IMG/VR virus record: IMGVR_UViG_3300027763_000047
Location: 6,308 to 70,307 of that record
Reading direction: 5' to 3' (one strand)
Source of the DNA: a virus
Taxonomy: Duplodnaviria > Heunggongvirae > Uroviricota > Caudoviricetes
Length of the DNA stretch: 64,000 nt
Shown here: one piece after another, positions 55,702 through 64,000 of the stretch
Numbering within the stretch: position 1 is the stretch's first letter
Layout of the letters: every line of letters starts with the position of its first letter
Made by a program: the position numbers and the translations under genes
The notes under the pieces: generated by a model
What the model was told of the DNA's origin: nothing
What the model saw: the letters and a program-made list of their open reading frames with translations, nothing else
Databases searched by the model: none

Positions 55702-57981
55702 ATGCAAAACAACAAAGAAATTGAAGCAATTGTAGGGCAGGCGGTTTCGATTGCTCGGATTAAACATCACGAGTATGTGCTAACCGAACATATATTATTG
55801 GCCTTAATACGCCACATTCCTTTCCGCAAAGTACTGGAAGGATTCGGTACAAGTATTGCACTCATGGACGAGGAATTAGATGTCTATTTGGACAGTTTAA
55901 CCAGTATAGTTACATCTAAGTCAGAATTTCAACCACGTAAAACTAACGCCCTTGAACGTTGTTTTAATCGGGCTATGACACAGGTGTTATTTACTGGCCG
56001 CCGTTCAGTAACCACATTTGATTTGTATCTTGCTATGATGAGTGAGACAAACAGTCACGCACATTACTTCCTGATGAAGTATGGAGTTAAGAAAGCCGAG
56101 TTTATGGAATACTGGCAGCAAAATTATAAAGCTGAAGATGCCGAGGTTAGTGCTTCTGAAGCTGATGCCATCTTAACTGAATTTTGTACAAACCTAACCA
56201 AAATGGCTACTGAAGATAAGTTAGAGCCAATGATTGGCCGCTCAGCTGAACTAGACGAAATCATTACTGTACTGGCTCGAAAGTTTAAAGCTAACGTACT
56301 AATGGTGGGCGATCCGGGTGTAGGCAAAACTGCCATCGCAGAAGGGCTTGCCCAGGAAATTGTAAACAACCGTGTACCCGCATTCCTTAACGGACATGAA
56401 GTATGGAGTTTGGAAATCGGCTCATTGTTAGCCGGCAGTAAGTATCGTGGCGAATTTGAGGAAAAGTTTAAACAGGTCATTGGTGCATTAGAAGCCAAGA
56501 AAAATTGTATCTTATTTGTTGATGAAGCACATACAATGAAAGGCGCTGGCGCAAGTTCACAATCATCACTAGACTTTGCTAATATGCTAAAGCCAGCTAT
56601 TACCAAGGGTTATCTTAAGGTAATTGCGTCAACTACCTGGGAAGAATTCTATGAGTCATTTGAAAAGGATCGTGCGCTAATGCGTCGATTCCATCGTGTG
56701 TCCATTGACGAACCCACGCCAGAAGTAACGGAGCAAATCTTAATCGGCTTATCACCTCGCTTGGAAAAATTCCACGATGTGTTGATTGATACTGATGCTA
56801 TTAAAGCAGCAGTAGACTTGTCGGGTCGTTACATACATGATCGCAAGAATCCAGATAAGTCAATTGACTTGCTAGACGGTGCATGTGCCAAGGAACGTGT
56901 TAAAGATATAGGCACTACTACTGTGACTAAAGACATGATCATGGCACAGTTGAGTCGTATTACTGAGGTTCCCATGGATCGTTTACAAAACGAACGTTCG
57001 GCTAATATTGTGGAACTGGAAGGTAATATTAAACAGAAGTTGTATGGCCAAGACGAAGCTGTTAATTCGGTACTTGAGCGGGTATACATTAACTTCTCGG
57101 GTATTGGTAACGAAAACAAACCAATTGCCAGCTTCTTATTCTTGGGACCAACTGGCACAGGTAAGACAGAATTGGCCAAGTTATTGGCTGAGCATTTAGA
57201 TATGCAGTTGTTGAAATATGACATGAGTGAGTTCCAGGAGAAGCATACTGTTAGCTCATTGATTGGTGCTCCCCCAGGATACGTTGGGTTTGAAGATGGT
57301 AATGTGGGTGGTGGAAAACTTATTAGTGATGTCAGTAAGAACCCTTATTCAATCTTGTTGTTTGATGAAATTGAAAAGGCACATCCGGATGTAGTTAACC
57401 TTATGTTGCAAATGTTGGATGAAGCTCGCATCACCAGTGCCAATGGTAAAACTGTTAACCTGAAGAACTGCATCATTATTATGACCAGTAACTTAGGTGC
57501 TCGCGACAATGAGAATAACAACATTGGCTTTGGGCAGACACTGGAAAAGACAGGATCAGAACACAAGGCAATGAAGGATTTCTTTAAACCTGAATTACGT
57601 AATCGTATTGATCAAATCTGTCGCTTTAAGAAACTAGATACACTGGCTGTTAAGAAAATTGTTGTTAAATTTGTTGATCAACTACAAACCAGTTTAAGCA
57701 CAAAGAATATTCGTCTTAACTTATCCGAGCCAGTAATCGACATGCTGGTTGAAAAAGGCTATGATAACAAGATGGGTGCTCGACCATTAAATCGTAAGAT
57801 TGATGAACTTATTCGCGTACCATTGAGTAAGAAAATTCTCTTTGAACGATTAAGTGACTGTGTAATTACAGCGGACATGGTTAATGATCAAATTGACTTT
57901 ATCATCATACCTAATCCCGCATTAGCTATTGTCGACAACTCAGGAATTATTTTACTTGATGGCGAATCTTCCACCGTTTAA
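55702..57981 (+). CDS. ClpA-like AAA+ unfoldase (two AAA domains)
   Basis: Clp-N LTEHILLALI; D1 GDPGVGKTAIAEGLA; D2 GPTGTGKTELAKLLAE, LLFDEIEKAHPDV; 759 aa. Confidence 0.85.
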   Translation: MQNNKEIEAIVGQAVSIARIKHHEYVLTEHILLALIRHIPFRKVLEGFGTSIALMDEELDVYLDSLTSIVTSKSEFQPRKTNALERCFNRAMTQVLFTGRRSVTTFDLYLAMMSETNSHAHYFLMKYGVKKAEFMEYWQQNYKAEDAEVSASEADAILTEFCTNLTKMATEDKLEPMIGRSAELDEIITVLARKFKANVLMVGDPGVGKTAIAEGLAQEIVNNRVPAFLNGHEVWSLEIGSLLAGSKYRGEFEEKFKQVIGALEAKKNCILFVDEAHTMKGAGASSQSSLDFANMLKPAITKGYLKVIASTTWEEFYESFEKDRALMRRFHRVSIDEPTPEVTEQILIGLSPRLEKFHDVLIDTDAIKAAVDLSGRYIHDRKNPDKSIDLLDGACAKERVKDIGTTTVTKDMIMAQLSRITEVPMDRLQNERSANIVELEGNIKQKLYGQDEAVNSVLERVYINFSGIGNENKPIASFLFLGPTGTGKTELAKLLAEHLDMQLLKYDMSEFQEKHTVSSLIGAPPGYVGFEDGNVGGGKLISDVSKNPYSILLFDEIEKAHPDVVNLMLQMLDEARITSANGKTVNLKNCIIIMTSNLGARDNENNNIGFGQTLEKTGSEHKAMKDFFKPELRNRIDQICRFKKLDTLAVKKIVVKFVDQLQTSLSTKNIRLNLSEPVIDMLVEKGYDNKMGARPLNRKIDELIRVPLSKKILFERLSDCVITADMVNDQIDFIIIPNPALAIVDNSGIILLDGESSTV

Positions 57982-58003
57982 TCACTTTGAACACAGGAGT
58001 ACT

Positions 58004-58654
58004 GTGCTCAAAGATCGATTATTTTATGATAAATTCAAATACTGTATCTCCTTCGTAATGGATGAGATTACAATATTAATTAAACCCGTTACTCATTATG
58101 ATATTGATCGCTTGATTGATATTCGTAATGAGTATCGAAGACAGTATTCAAGGAATAGCCGACCATACAAAGTTCCGGATATTGCCTTGGATATACGACA
58201 ACAGATTCACGAAATAGCCGATATATTGATCAAGACAACGGAAGATTACAAATTCAATACATCATATAGAACAATGTGGTTGTATACCAACAGCGAAGAT
58301 CTTATTAACAAGTTGGATAAATTAGAATTTATTAGTAACATAAAAGTAAGCGAAGCTATTGTAAACCGACCCAGAGGTACTGTTAAACTAAAGAATCCCG
58401 AACACACGCATCGCAGCTATTTTCGTTTTCTTAGGCCCACTGTTGATGATCGCAGGAGAATTGTTAATTTCCTAGACACTCACTCCTCCCATATTAAGCC
58501 CAGTCCGGCATTGTCACGATATCTGCTCAACGACGGCTTTCCTTTTATTCTGGAATATTTTTTTATAGATTATACAGGTGAGAGTTGGGTAACTGTTTTG
58601 ACCTTGTTGTATCCGGGATTAATTAGGAAGACCCTACCAATTATCCCAGCATAA
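58004..58654 (+). CDS. hypothetical protein
   Basis: GTG start with GGAG RBS; track extension from 57929 overlaps clpA-like 3' end. Confidence 0.45.
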   Translation: MLKDRLFYDKFKYCISFVMDEITILIKPVTHYDIDRLIDIRNEYRRQYSRNSRPYKVPDIALDIRQQIHEIADILIKTTEDYKFNTSYRTMWLYTNSEDLINKLDKLEFISNIKVSEAIVNRPRGTVKLKNPEHTHRSYFRFLRPTVDDRRRIVNFLDTHSSHIKPSPALSRYLLNDGFPFILEYFFIDYTGESWVTVLTLLYPGLIRKTLPIIPA

Positions 58655-58664
58655 ATAATAGACT

Positions 58665-59033
58665 ATGACAACCTTCACAAATCAACAATTACTGCCGCCC
58701 ACTACATTTGGTACACCATCGGGAAATTACGATGGTTCAAGTTCCAGTTTCACGGGTAACGCTATTCCGGCAGCAAACTATTACGGTGGGCAAGGGTCTG
58801 CGCAAACAAACATTATACAAACAACCGGATTTCAGGGTGTCATTACTATTGAAGCATCACTAAATGACCTAACTCAACAGGCACTTTGGTTTGAAGTTGC
58901 CGCTTATGGCAATGCCAGCACACCCACTACCGACACGCAGGCACTCAATGTCATCGGTAACTTTGTTTGGATACGAGCCCATGTTACAGATTTTACTGCT
59001 GGCACGGTAAATTCAGCTAACGTGGTTTATTAA
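58665..59033 (+). CDS. hypothetical protein
   Basis: 122 aa; ATAAATAATA motif upstream. Confidence 0.45.
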   Translation: MTTFTNQQLLPPTTFGTPSGNYDGSSSSFTGNAIPAANYYGGQGSAQTNIIQTTGFQGVITIEASLNDLTQQALWFEVAAYGNASTPTTDTQALNVIGNFVWIRAHVTDFTAGTVNSANVVY

Positions 59034-59034
59034 T

Positions 59035-59871
59035 ATGAACGTCATCGTAGTATATCCAGGGCGTTTTGAACCACCACATCGTGGACATAAATCCAGCTAT
59101 AATGAGCTGCAAAAAGCATTTCCCGGGGCTAAGATACTAATTGCATCCAGTGGCATCACTGCGCCTATAACTCATCCTTTTAAGTTTGAAGACAAGGTAG
59201 CACTATTTACCAAACTGGGTGTTCCTGCTACCAACATAATTTTGTCCAAGAGCCCGTACCAAATGCCTGAATTACGTGCAGATGTAAGTGAAGAAGAACA
59301 GGCTAATATTGTATTGATATTTGCTGTTAGCAAGAAAGACCAACAAAACAATCCCGAAGCAGGCAAGAAGCCGCGTTTTGCATACGGTCTTAAAAAGAAT
59401 GGGGAAAAGAGTTATATGCAACCCTACCCAGGCAGTATCAAACAATGTCTGCCTATGACAAAACATGCGTATGTTTACGAAACAGAAACCAAGACATTTA
59501 AAGTACTGGGCAAAGACGCTGAAGGCGCTACCGCTATACGCGATGCATATACCAACGGCAATGAAAATGAACGCGAGCATATCATACATGATTTGTATGG
59601 TAAAGACGACCACGCAATTAAAGACCTATTCGATCAGAGATTGGGCGTTGCCAAAAAGCTCAAGGATATCGTAATACAAGAACCTAACATAGACGGAGAT
59701 GTTATTGAACAACCCATGCCCGTAGTACGCACAGAAAGCAAAGCTAAACTGGCTAAACTATTGGAATCAGCATTATCAGCCGAACGTGCAGCAAACCGCA
59801 GTTATACCACCATCAAAGAAGACTTAGCCCCCAACTATGTAGACGAAAAAACAGGCAGAAAATTTTACTAG
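59035..59871 (+). CDS. HxGH-motif nucleotidyltransferase (cytidylyltransferase-like; possible NMN or pantetheine adenylyltransferase)
   Basis: VVYPGRFEPPHRGH resembles (T/H)xGH nucleotidyltransferase signature. Confidence 0.55.
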   Translation: MNVIVVYPGRFEPPHRGHKSSYNELQKAFPGAKILIASSGITAPITHPFKFEDKVALFTKLGVPATNIILSKSPYQMPELRADVSEEEQANIVLIFAVSKKDQQNNPEAGKKPRFAYGLKKNGEKSYMQPYPGSIKQCLPMTKHAYVYETETKTFKVLGKDAEGATAIRDAYTNGNENEREHIIHDLYGKDDHAIKDLFDQRLGVAKKLKDIVIQEPNIDGDVIEQPMPVVRTESKAKLAKLLESALSAERAANRSYTTIKEDLAPNYVDEKTGRKFY

Positions 59872-59916
59872 CCCTGACAAGTAGTGTAAATAGTTTACAC
59901 TTTATAAGAGGAAACC

Positions 59917-60843
59917 ATGGCATCAACCCAAGCAGCATCACCCGAAGTTCAAGCTACACCAACCGCACCAGCAGCACCCGTAGACCAAGCACCACAACAA
60001 GGACAAGTACAGGTCAACGTTGATTTTCTTAAGACCACCCGTGTTCACATCTGCATGCCCTGCTACGGTGGTATGCTTACTGAATCTACTTTCATGAGTT
60101 ATATTAAATGGGCCAATACAGCTCGTCAATTAGGCATTGACTGGACTATGGAAACAATGACAAACGAATCATTGATTTCTCGTGCTCGTAACACACTTAC
60201 AGCTAAGTTCCTTTCAAATCCAGACTCAACGCACTTAATGTTTATCGATGCTGATATTGGCTGGGAGCCATGGCATTTGTTAGTCCTGTTGAATCGTGAC
60301 GTGGACGTTATCGGAGGATTATATCCTATGAAATCACTGCCGGTCAAATGGTGTGTCAACGGATTTGACGGTGCAGAAGAAGGCCCAGATGGCTTACAAG
60401 AAGTTACCAAAACTGGCACTGGCTTCTTGCTAATGAAGCGTGGTGTATTTGAGAAATTAAATGCTCACCCTGCGGTTAAGCCATTCAATAGTGATATCGG
60501 CCTTCCCCCAGAGTTAAACGTTTACATGAAAACCTACTTTGATACAGCAGTTCGTGAGAACCGTTACTACTCAGAAGATTGGACATTCTGCGAAAATTGG
60601 CGTGATTTAGGTGGTAAAGTATGGGTTGACAAACGTATATTATTACGTCACACTGGTACATACGTGTTTGACTTTGCTACACAAGATCAGTTATACAAAG
60701 ATCTACATGCGTTAGCCATGCAGAATCAATCTCAATCGGTGGTACAAGCCGCTCCTGTTGTAGCAGATACATCAGCCCCCCAGGCTCCTGTTGACCCAAT
60801 AGCAAAAGTAGTGGCAACCAGTAAAGGTAAAAAGAAAAAGTAA
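59917..60843 (+). CDS. hypothetical protein with low-complexity termini, possible DxD glycosyltransferase
   Basis: LMFIDADIGW DxD-like motif; weak. Confidence 0.35.
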   Translation: MASTQAASPEVQATPTAPAAPVDQAPQQGQVQVNVDFLKTTRVHICMPCYGGMLTESTFMSYIKWANTARQLGIDWTMETMTNESLISRARNTLTAKFLSNPDSTHLMFIDADIGWEPWHLLVLLNRDVDVIGGLYPMKSLPVKWCVNGFDGAEEGPDGLQEVTKTGTGFLLMKRGVFEKLNAHPAVKPFNSDIGLPPELNVYMKTYFDTAVRENRYYSEDWTFCENWRDLGGKVWVDKRILLRHTGTYVFDFATQDQLYKDLHALAMQNQSQSVVQAAPVVADTSAPQAPVDPIAKVVATSKGKKKK

Positions 60844-60867
60844 AACTACTCGCATAGTTTTATAAAG

Positions 60868-60908
60868 AAACCGCTATAGTTGATTCTGTAGCGGTTTCTG
60901 CTTTTTGG
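60868..60908 (+). terminator. rho-independent terminator
   Basis: gaaaccgcta...tagcggtttc followed by tgctttttgg. Confidence 0.7.
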
Positions 60909-60919
60909 TAAATATTACT

Positions 60920-63379
60920 ATGAATATTGAACAACTTGAATCTTATAACTTAGCAGATGCTGTTAAGTTTCATGACCGTCTGAACCCATTACTATGGGAT
61001 AGTCGTGAGAATCTGCACCCTGAAATACACAGTAAGTTGTTGAAAATTGCTGATGATTTTCGTGATTCGCTGGGCGTAAATGATTTAGAGCTTAAAGATA
61101 TCACTATATCAGGTAGTAATGCTGCTTATTCCTATACTCCACATTCAGACATAGATTTACATTTAATTGTTGATTTATCCGGGGTAGATCACCCAGAAAT
61201 CTACAGAGAATTATTTGATGCTAAAAAAGCCATTTACAACAATGAGCATACAATTACAATCAAGGGAATTCCAGTGGAATTGTATGTGCAGGATGCTGCT
61301 CAAGATCATCATAGTCAGGGCATTTATAGTATAATAAACAATGACTGGATACAGATCCCACGTAGAGTACAAGCTGATATCGACGATATGAGTGTGCGTA
61401 GCAAATACGAAGATTTAAGTAACCGTATTGACAAAGTTGTCAAAACTGAAAATCTTACTAAGATGGATGAACTTGCAGCAAAAATTAAAAAAATGCGACA
61501 AGAGGGATTAGCGGAACACGGTGAGTTTGGTCCCGAGAATTTAGTATTTAAAATGTTACGCAATCAGGGTCACATTGAAGAATTACGAACAGCACGCCAT
61601 GAAGCAAAAAGTAAAGAACTAAGTCTAAAAGAACGTGTCGGCAAACCTAAAACAATATATGGATACGGTCGAGACTTTGTGGATGAGGTTGCACTAACAC
61701 CCGGTGGTGTGTCAGATCATACTAAAATGTTTGTGGAAAAAGAAGAAGCTCCGGTTAACTCACAACAGGAAATTATTGAAGATTTCATTGATTTTTGTTC
61801 GGCACAGTTATCATTAGCAAAAGAAATCAACTTACGAATTCGACGTGACCCCGAGTGGTCTGTACGCAACAAGACATTTGGTAGATATGACCAACAGACC
61901 AATGAGTTAAATGTTGGGGTCAGTGGTCGTCATACCATGGACATACTGCGTACCGTAGCACATGAGCTGGTGCATCAACGACAAAATGAAACTCAGGAAA
62001 TGCCGCCGGATGCTGGAGCGGATGGTAGCGAATATGAAAATGAAGCCAATGCGCGGGCCGCTGTATTGATGCGTAAGTATGGTAAGCTACATCCTGAATT
62101 ATTCGTACCATCTGAATTGAATGAAGAATTAGAAAAGCCAGTTACTGCTCATGGTTATATGTACAATCGACAAGATCAGCGTATAGCATGGACCAAAGAA
62201 TTTGCTAGTGAGGCGGCGGCCAAGGAATGGGCACGCCGTCGTAATGCTACTTTATTAAGTATTGTTTCCAAACAATTGGAAGCAGTGGGTAATTTCACTG
62301 CCGACCCCCAACAGCAGGCTAGGATGTATCTGCAATACCATACTGGTACGTTTGATCCAGCAACAATGCCCAAATTTTTGGCAATTAAACCTGGCGTTTC
62401 TTTATCCGTACAGCCTCCACCTCCTGGATCTTCTGGCTCGCATGAAGAAACATTGGCATATTTGTCAGCAGCTAATAAAAAGTTGCCCAAAGAGCTACAA
62501 GTTGGGTGGGATGAATTAAAGAATATCGGCGGCGTTAGTAACACAATTAAATTGACCGGTGAACCACATCCTGACAAATACAATCCAGCCACTGATCCTA
62601 CCGTTGCCAATCCAGTTGCTACACCGTTCAAGGTACAGGAAAATGGGTTAGGTGGCTTGGCGGAAGGCTTAAATGAAGCATCCGGCTACATTCCAACCGA
62701 AGCAGAAAGCGCAAAACAAATAAACTGGATTAAGCCCAACTTTGATTTTGAATGGCACGAAGTTGAAGAACAATCTAAGATGAAGCAAGTACCGCCCGAA
62801 GTAAGAAAATATTATCAAAAACATTTTCCCAACAAAGCCGCATGGCTTGCCGCAGTTCAAAATGGTAGAGCAGTTGTTGTGCCGCCTGATCATTCGTATG
62901 AGATTAGAAATGCCCCCCATGATAAGAAATCACTACTGCAAGTCTTGGCTCCTACTTCTCATGAAGGCGCTATTGGACCTGCCAAACAGAAAAGGGTCAA
63001 CGCACTATTTTCTAAAGGTGGTCCGATAGAAATGCCTATCATACTAAAAACAAGTAAAGGTTTGTGGTTAATTGGCGGTAAGACCAGACTAGGAACCGCA
63101 AATTACATCAAAGGAATTCCTGCTAAAGTATGGATGATTGACGGTGACCAAGATGTGACGAAAGGTTTAAAAGAATCATCCGGTTATATTCCAACCGCAG
63201 CAGAAGCCAATGATCCACGTTTTGAGATGGCATTGACAGTTGATGTCAGACCAGGCGCATTAGGCAAGGCTGCTAACAGTTTCCTATTGAATACAGATAG
63301 GCAGGGTCATCCTCAAGAACTACGTCCTGATGGATTGGTCAATCGTATGATGGTGGAATATTTAGAGTTTAAACAATGA
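60920..63379 (+). CDS. large multidomain protein: N-terminal nucleotidyltransferase-fold motif and HExxH motif
   Basis: GSNAAYSYTPHSDIDLHLIVD (GS-x10-DxD); VAHELVHQRQ; duplicated SGYIPT(E/A)AE repeats. Confidence 0.5.
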   Translation: MNIEQLESYNLADAVKFHDRLNPLLWDSRENLHPEIHSKLLKIADDFRDSLGVNDLELKDITISGSNAAYSYTPHSDIDLHLIVDLSGVDHPEIYRELFDAKKAIYNNEHTITIKGIPVELYVQDAAQDHHSQGIYSIINNDWIQIPRRVQADIDDMSVRSKYEDLSNRIDKVVKTENLTKMDELAAKIKKMRQEGLAEHGEFGPENLVFKMLRNQGHIEELRTARHEAKSKELSLKERVGKPKTIYGYGRDFVDEVALTPGGVSDHTKMFVEKEEAPVNSQQEIIEDFIDFCSAQLSLAKEINLRIRRDPEWSVRNKTFGRYDQQTNELNVGVSGRHTMDILRTVAHELVHQRQNETQEMPPDAGADGSEYENEANARAAVLMRKYGKLHPELFVPSELNEELEKPVTAHGYMYNRQDQRIAWTKEFASEAAAKEWARRRNATLLSIVSKQLEAVGNFTADPQQQARMYLQYHTGTFDPATMPKFLAIKPGVSLSVQPPPPGSSGSHEETLAYLSAANKKLPKELQVGWDELKNIGGVSNTIKLTGEPHPDKYNPATDPTVANPVATPFKVQENGLGGLAEGLNEASGYIPTEAESAKQINWIKPNFDFEWHEVEEQSKMKQVPPEVRKYYQKHFPNKAAWLAAVQNGRAVVVPPDHSYEIRNAPHDKKSLLQVLAPTSHEGAIGPAKQKRVNALFSKGGPIEMPIILKTSKGLWLIGGKTRLGTANYIKGIPAKVWMIDGDQDVTKGLKESSGYIPTAAEANDPRFEMALTVDVRPGALGKAANSFLLNTDRQGHPQELRPDGLVNRMMVEYLEFKQ

Positions 63380-64000
63380 TACTCAGTGACTTTACCCCCG
63401 CCCGAAGAGCACGATTTAGCCGTGAACAACTAGACGGATTACTAGCCGACCTTTGCGGAATGATTATTGATGGTCAAAAAGATAATTCGGATTTCTATGG
63501 CATGGTAGCAGCAGCAGTAATAGATCCCATGGGTCGAGTAGCAACAGGCGTAAACTATCTATATGGCAATGAACGCATACATGCCGAACGAGCTGCCGTA
63601 GACAACTATGAAAGAGAATACGGTGAGCTACCAGCGGGGTCTGTAGTGGTCACTACACTAAGCCCCTGTAATCAAGATACAGGTGACGTTAAAGAAACAA
63701 CCTGTACCAGCGAATTAAATGAAAAACATGTTAAGATGGCCTATTGCGGATATCGTGATCCCACGCAGCATGATGAACACAACGACTTCGCTATTGTCAT
63801 CACAGAAAATAACAAGCTACGGCATTTATGCAAAAAGTTTGCTGATACATTTTTGAAAAAAGATGTAGATGAAGCAGGTATCGGTATCAACGTATACGAA
63901 AACTTTGCTGATGGTAAAGGTCCAGGCCGCCCCGGTGACAGCGTTAGACACGGTATACCCAAACATGCTACAAAAGCAGAATTAACTAAAGCAAGCCACG
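63376..64000 (+). CDS. partial ORF (runs off window), CDA-fold deaminase-like
   Basis: ATGA-coupled start, no stop before window end; HAERAAV ... SPC. Confidence 0.4.
   Translation, partial: MILSDFTPARRARFSREQLDGLLADLCGMIIDGQKDNSDFYGMVAAAVIDPMGRVATGVNYLYGNERIHAERAAVDNYEREYGELPAGSVVVTTLSPCNQDTGDVKETTCTSELNEKHVKMAYCGYRDPTQHDEHNDFAIVITENNKLRHLCKKFADTFLKKDVDEAGIGINVYENFADGKGPGRPGDSVRHGIPKHATKAELTKASH

Noticed and set aside
56124-57566. Minus-strand ORFs inside the ClpA-like gene (56124-56606, 56829-57224, 57345-57566)
   Set aside because: They are antisense to a strongly supported 759-aa ORF.
61324-62920. Minus-strand ORFs within the 824-aa gene (61324, 61717, 61920, 62176, 62669)
   Set aside because: They are embedded antisense in a long + strand ORF.

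Overview
This is a 64-kb window of a large, moderately AT-rich (about 40% GC) tailed-phage genome. The coding organisation is phage-like: a clamp-loader ATPase of the RFC/gp44 type, a GroES-like co-chaperonin, PhoH, two tail-fiber genes that share a conserved N-terminus, an HNH endonuclease, a lysis cassette and CTAAATA-type late-promoter motifs.

Main features:
- A tandem array of about 27 translationally coupled small paralogous genes at 112-6161 shares a conserved C-terminal motif (E-E-D-A-x-x-F-x-L-R-W-S) whose codons embed the Shine-Dalgarno (ribosome-binding) sequence and start codon of the next gene. Two more members lie at 26.9-27.35 kb. A second small family, with C-terminus HFGVEE, uses the same architecture.
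- A minus-strand tail-fiber operon holds a 2324-aa repeat-rich fiber gene followed by three paralogous putative tip/adhesin genes.
- An early-gene island at 17.5-24.6 kb has its genes driven by nearly identical consensus sigma70-type promoters (TTGACAATTAA-N-TATAAT). It encodes an SF2 helicase split across two genes, an N6-adenine DNA methyltransferase plus a truncated paralog, a metallophosphoesterase and a 2OG-Fe(II) oxygenase.
- Host-like cell-envelope genes are present: a porin, an OmpA-like protein, an SPFH lipoprotein, a Tat-signal protein and a SleB-like lipoprotein.
- Auxiliary host-like genes include IF-1, a divergent Fe/Mn SOD, an ErpA/IscA-type Fe-S protein, ClpA-like and DnaJ-like proteins and a GT4 glycosyltransferase.
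- A DUF4116-like repeat protein is flanked by a conserved 30-bp element.

All calls come from reading the sequence and the six-frame ORF track, with no database searches. Family assignments are motif-based and carry their stated confidence.
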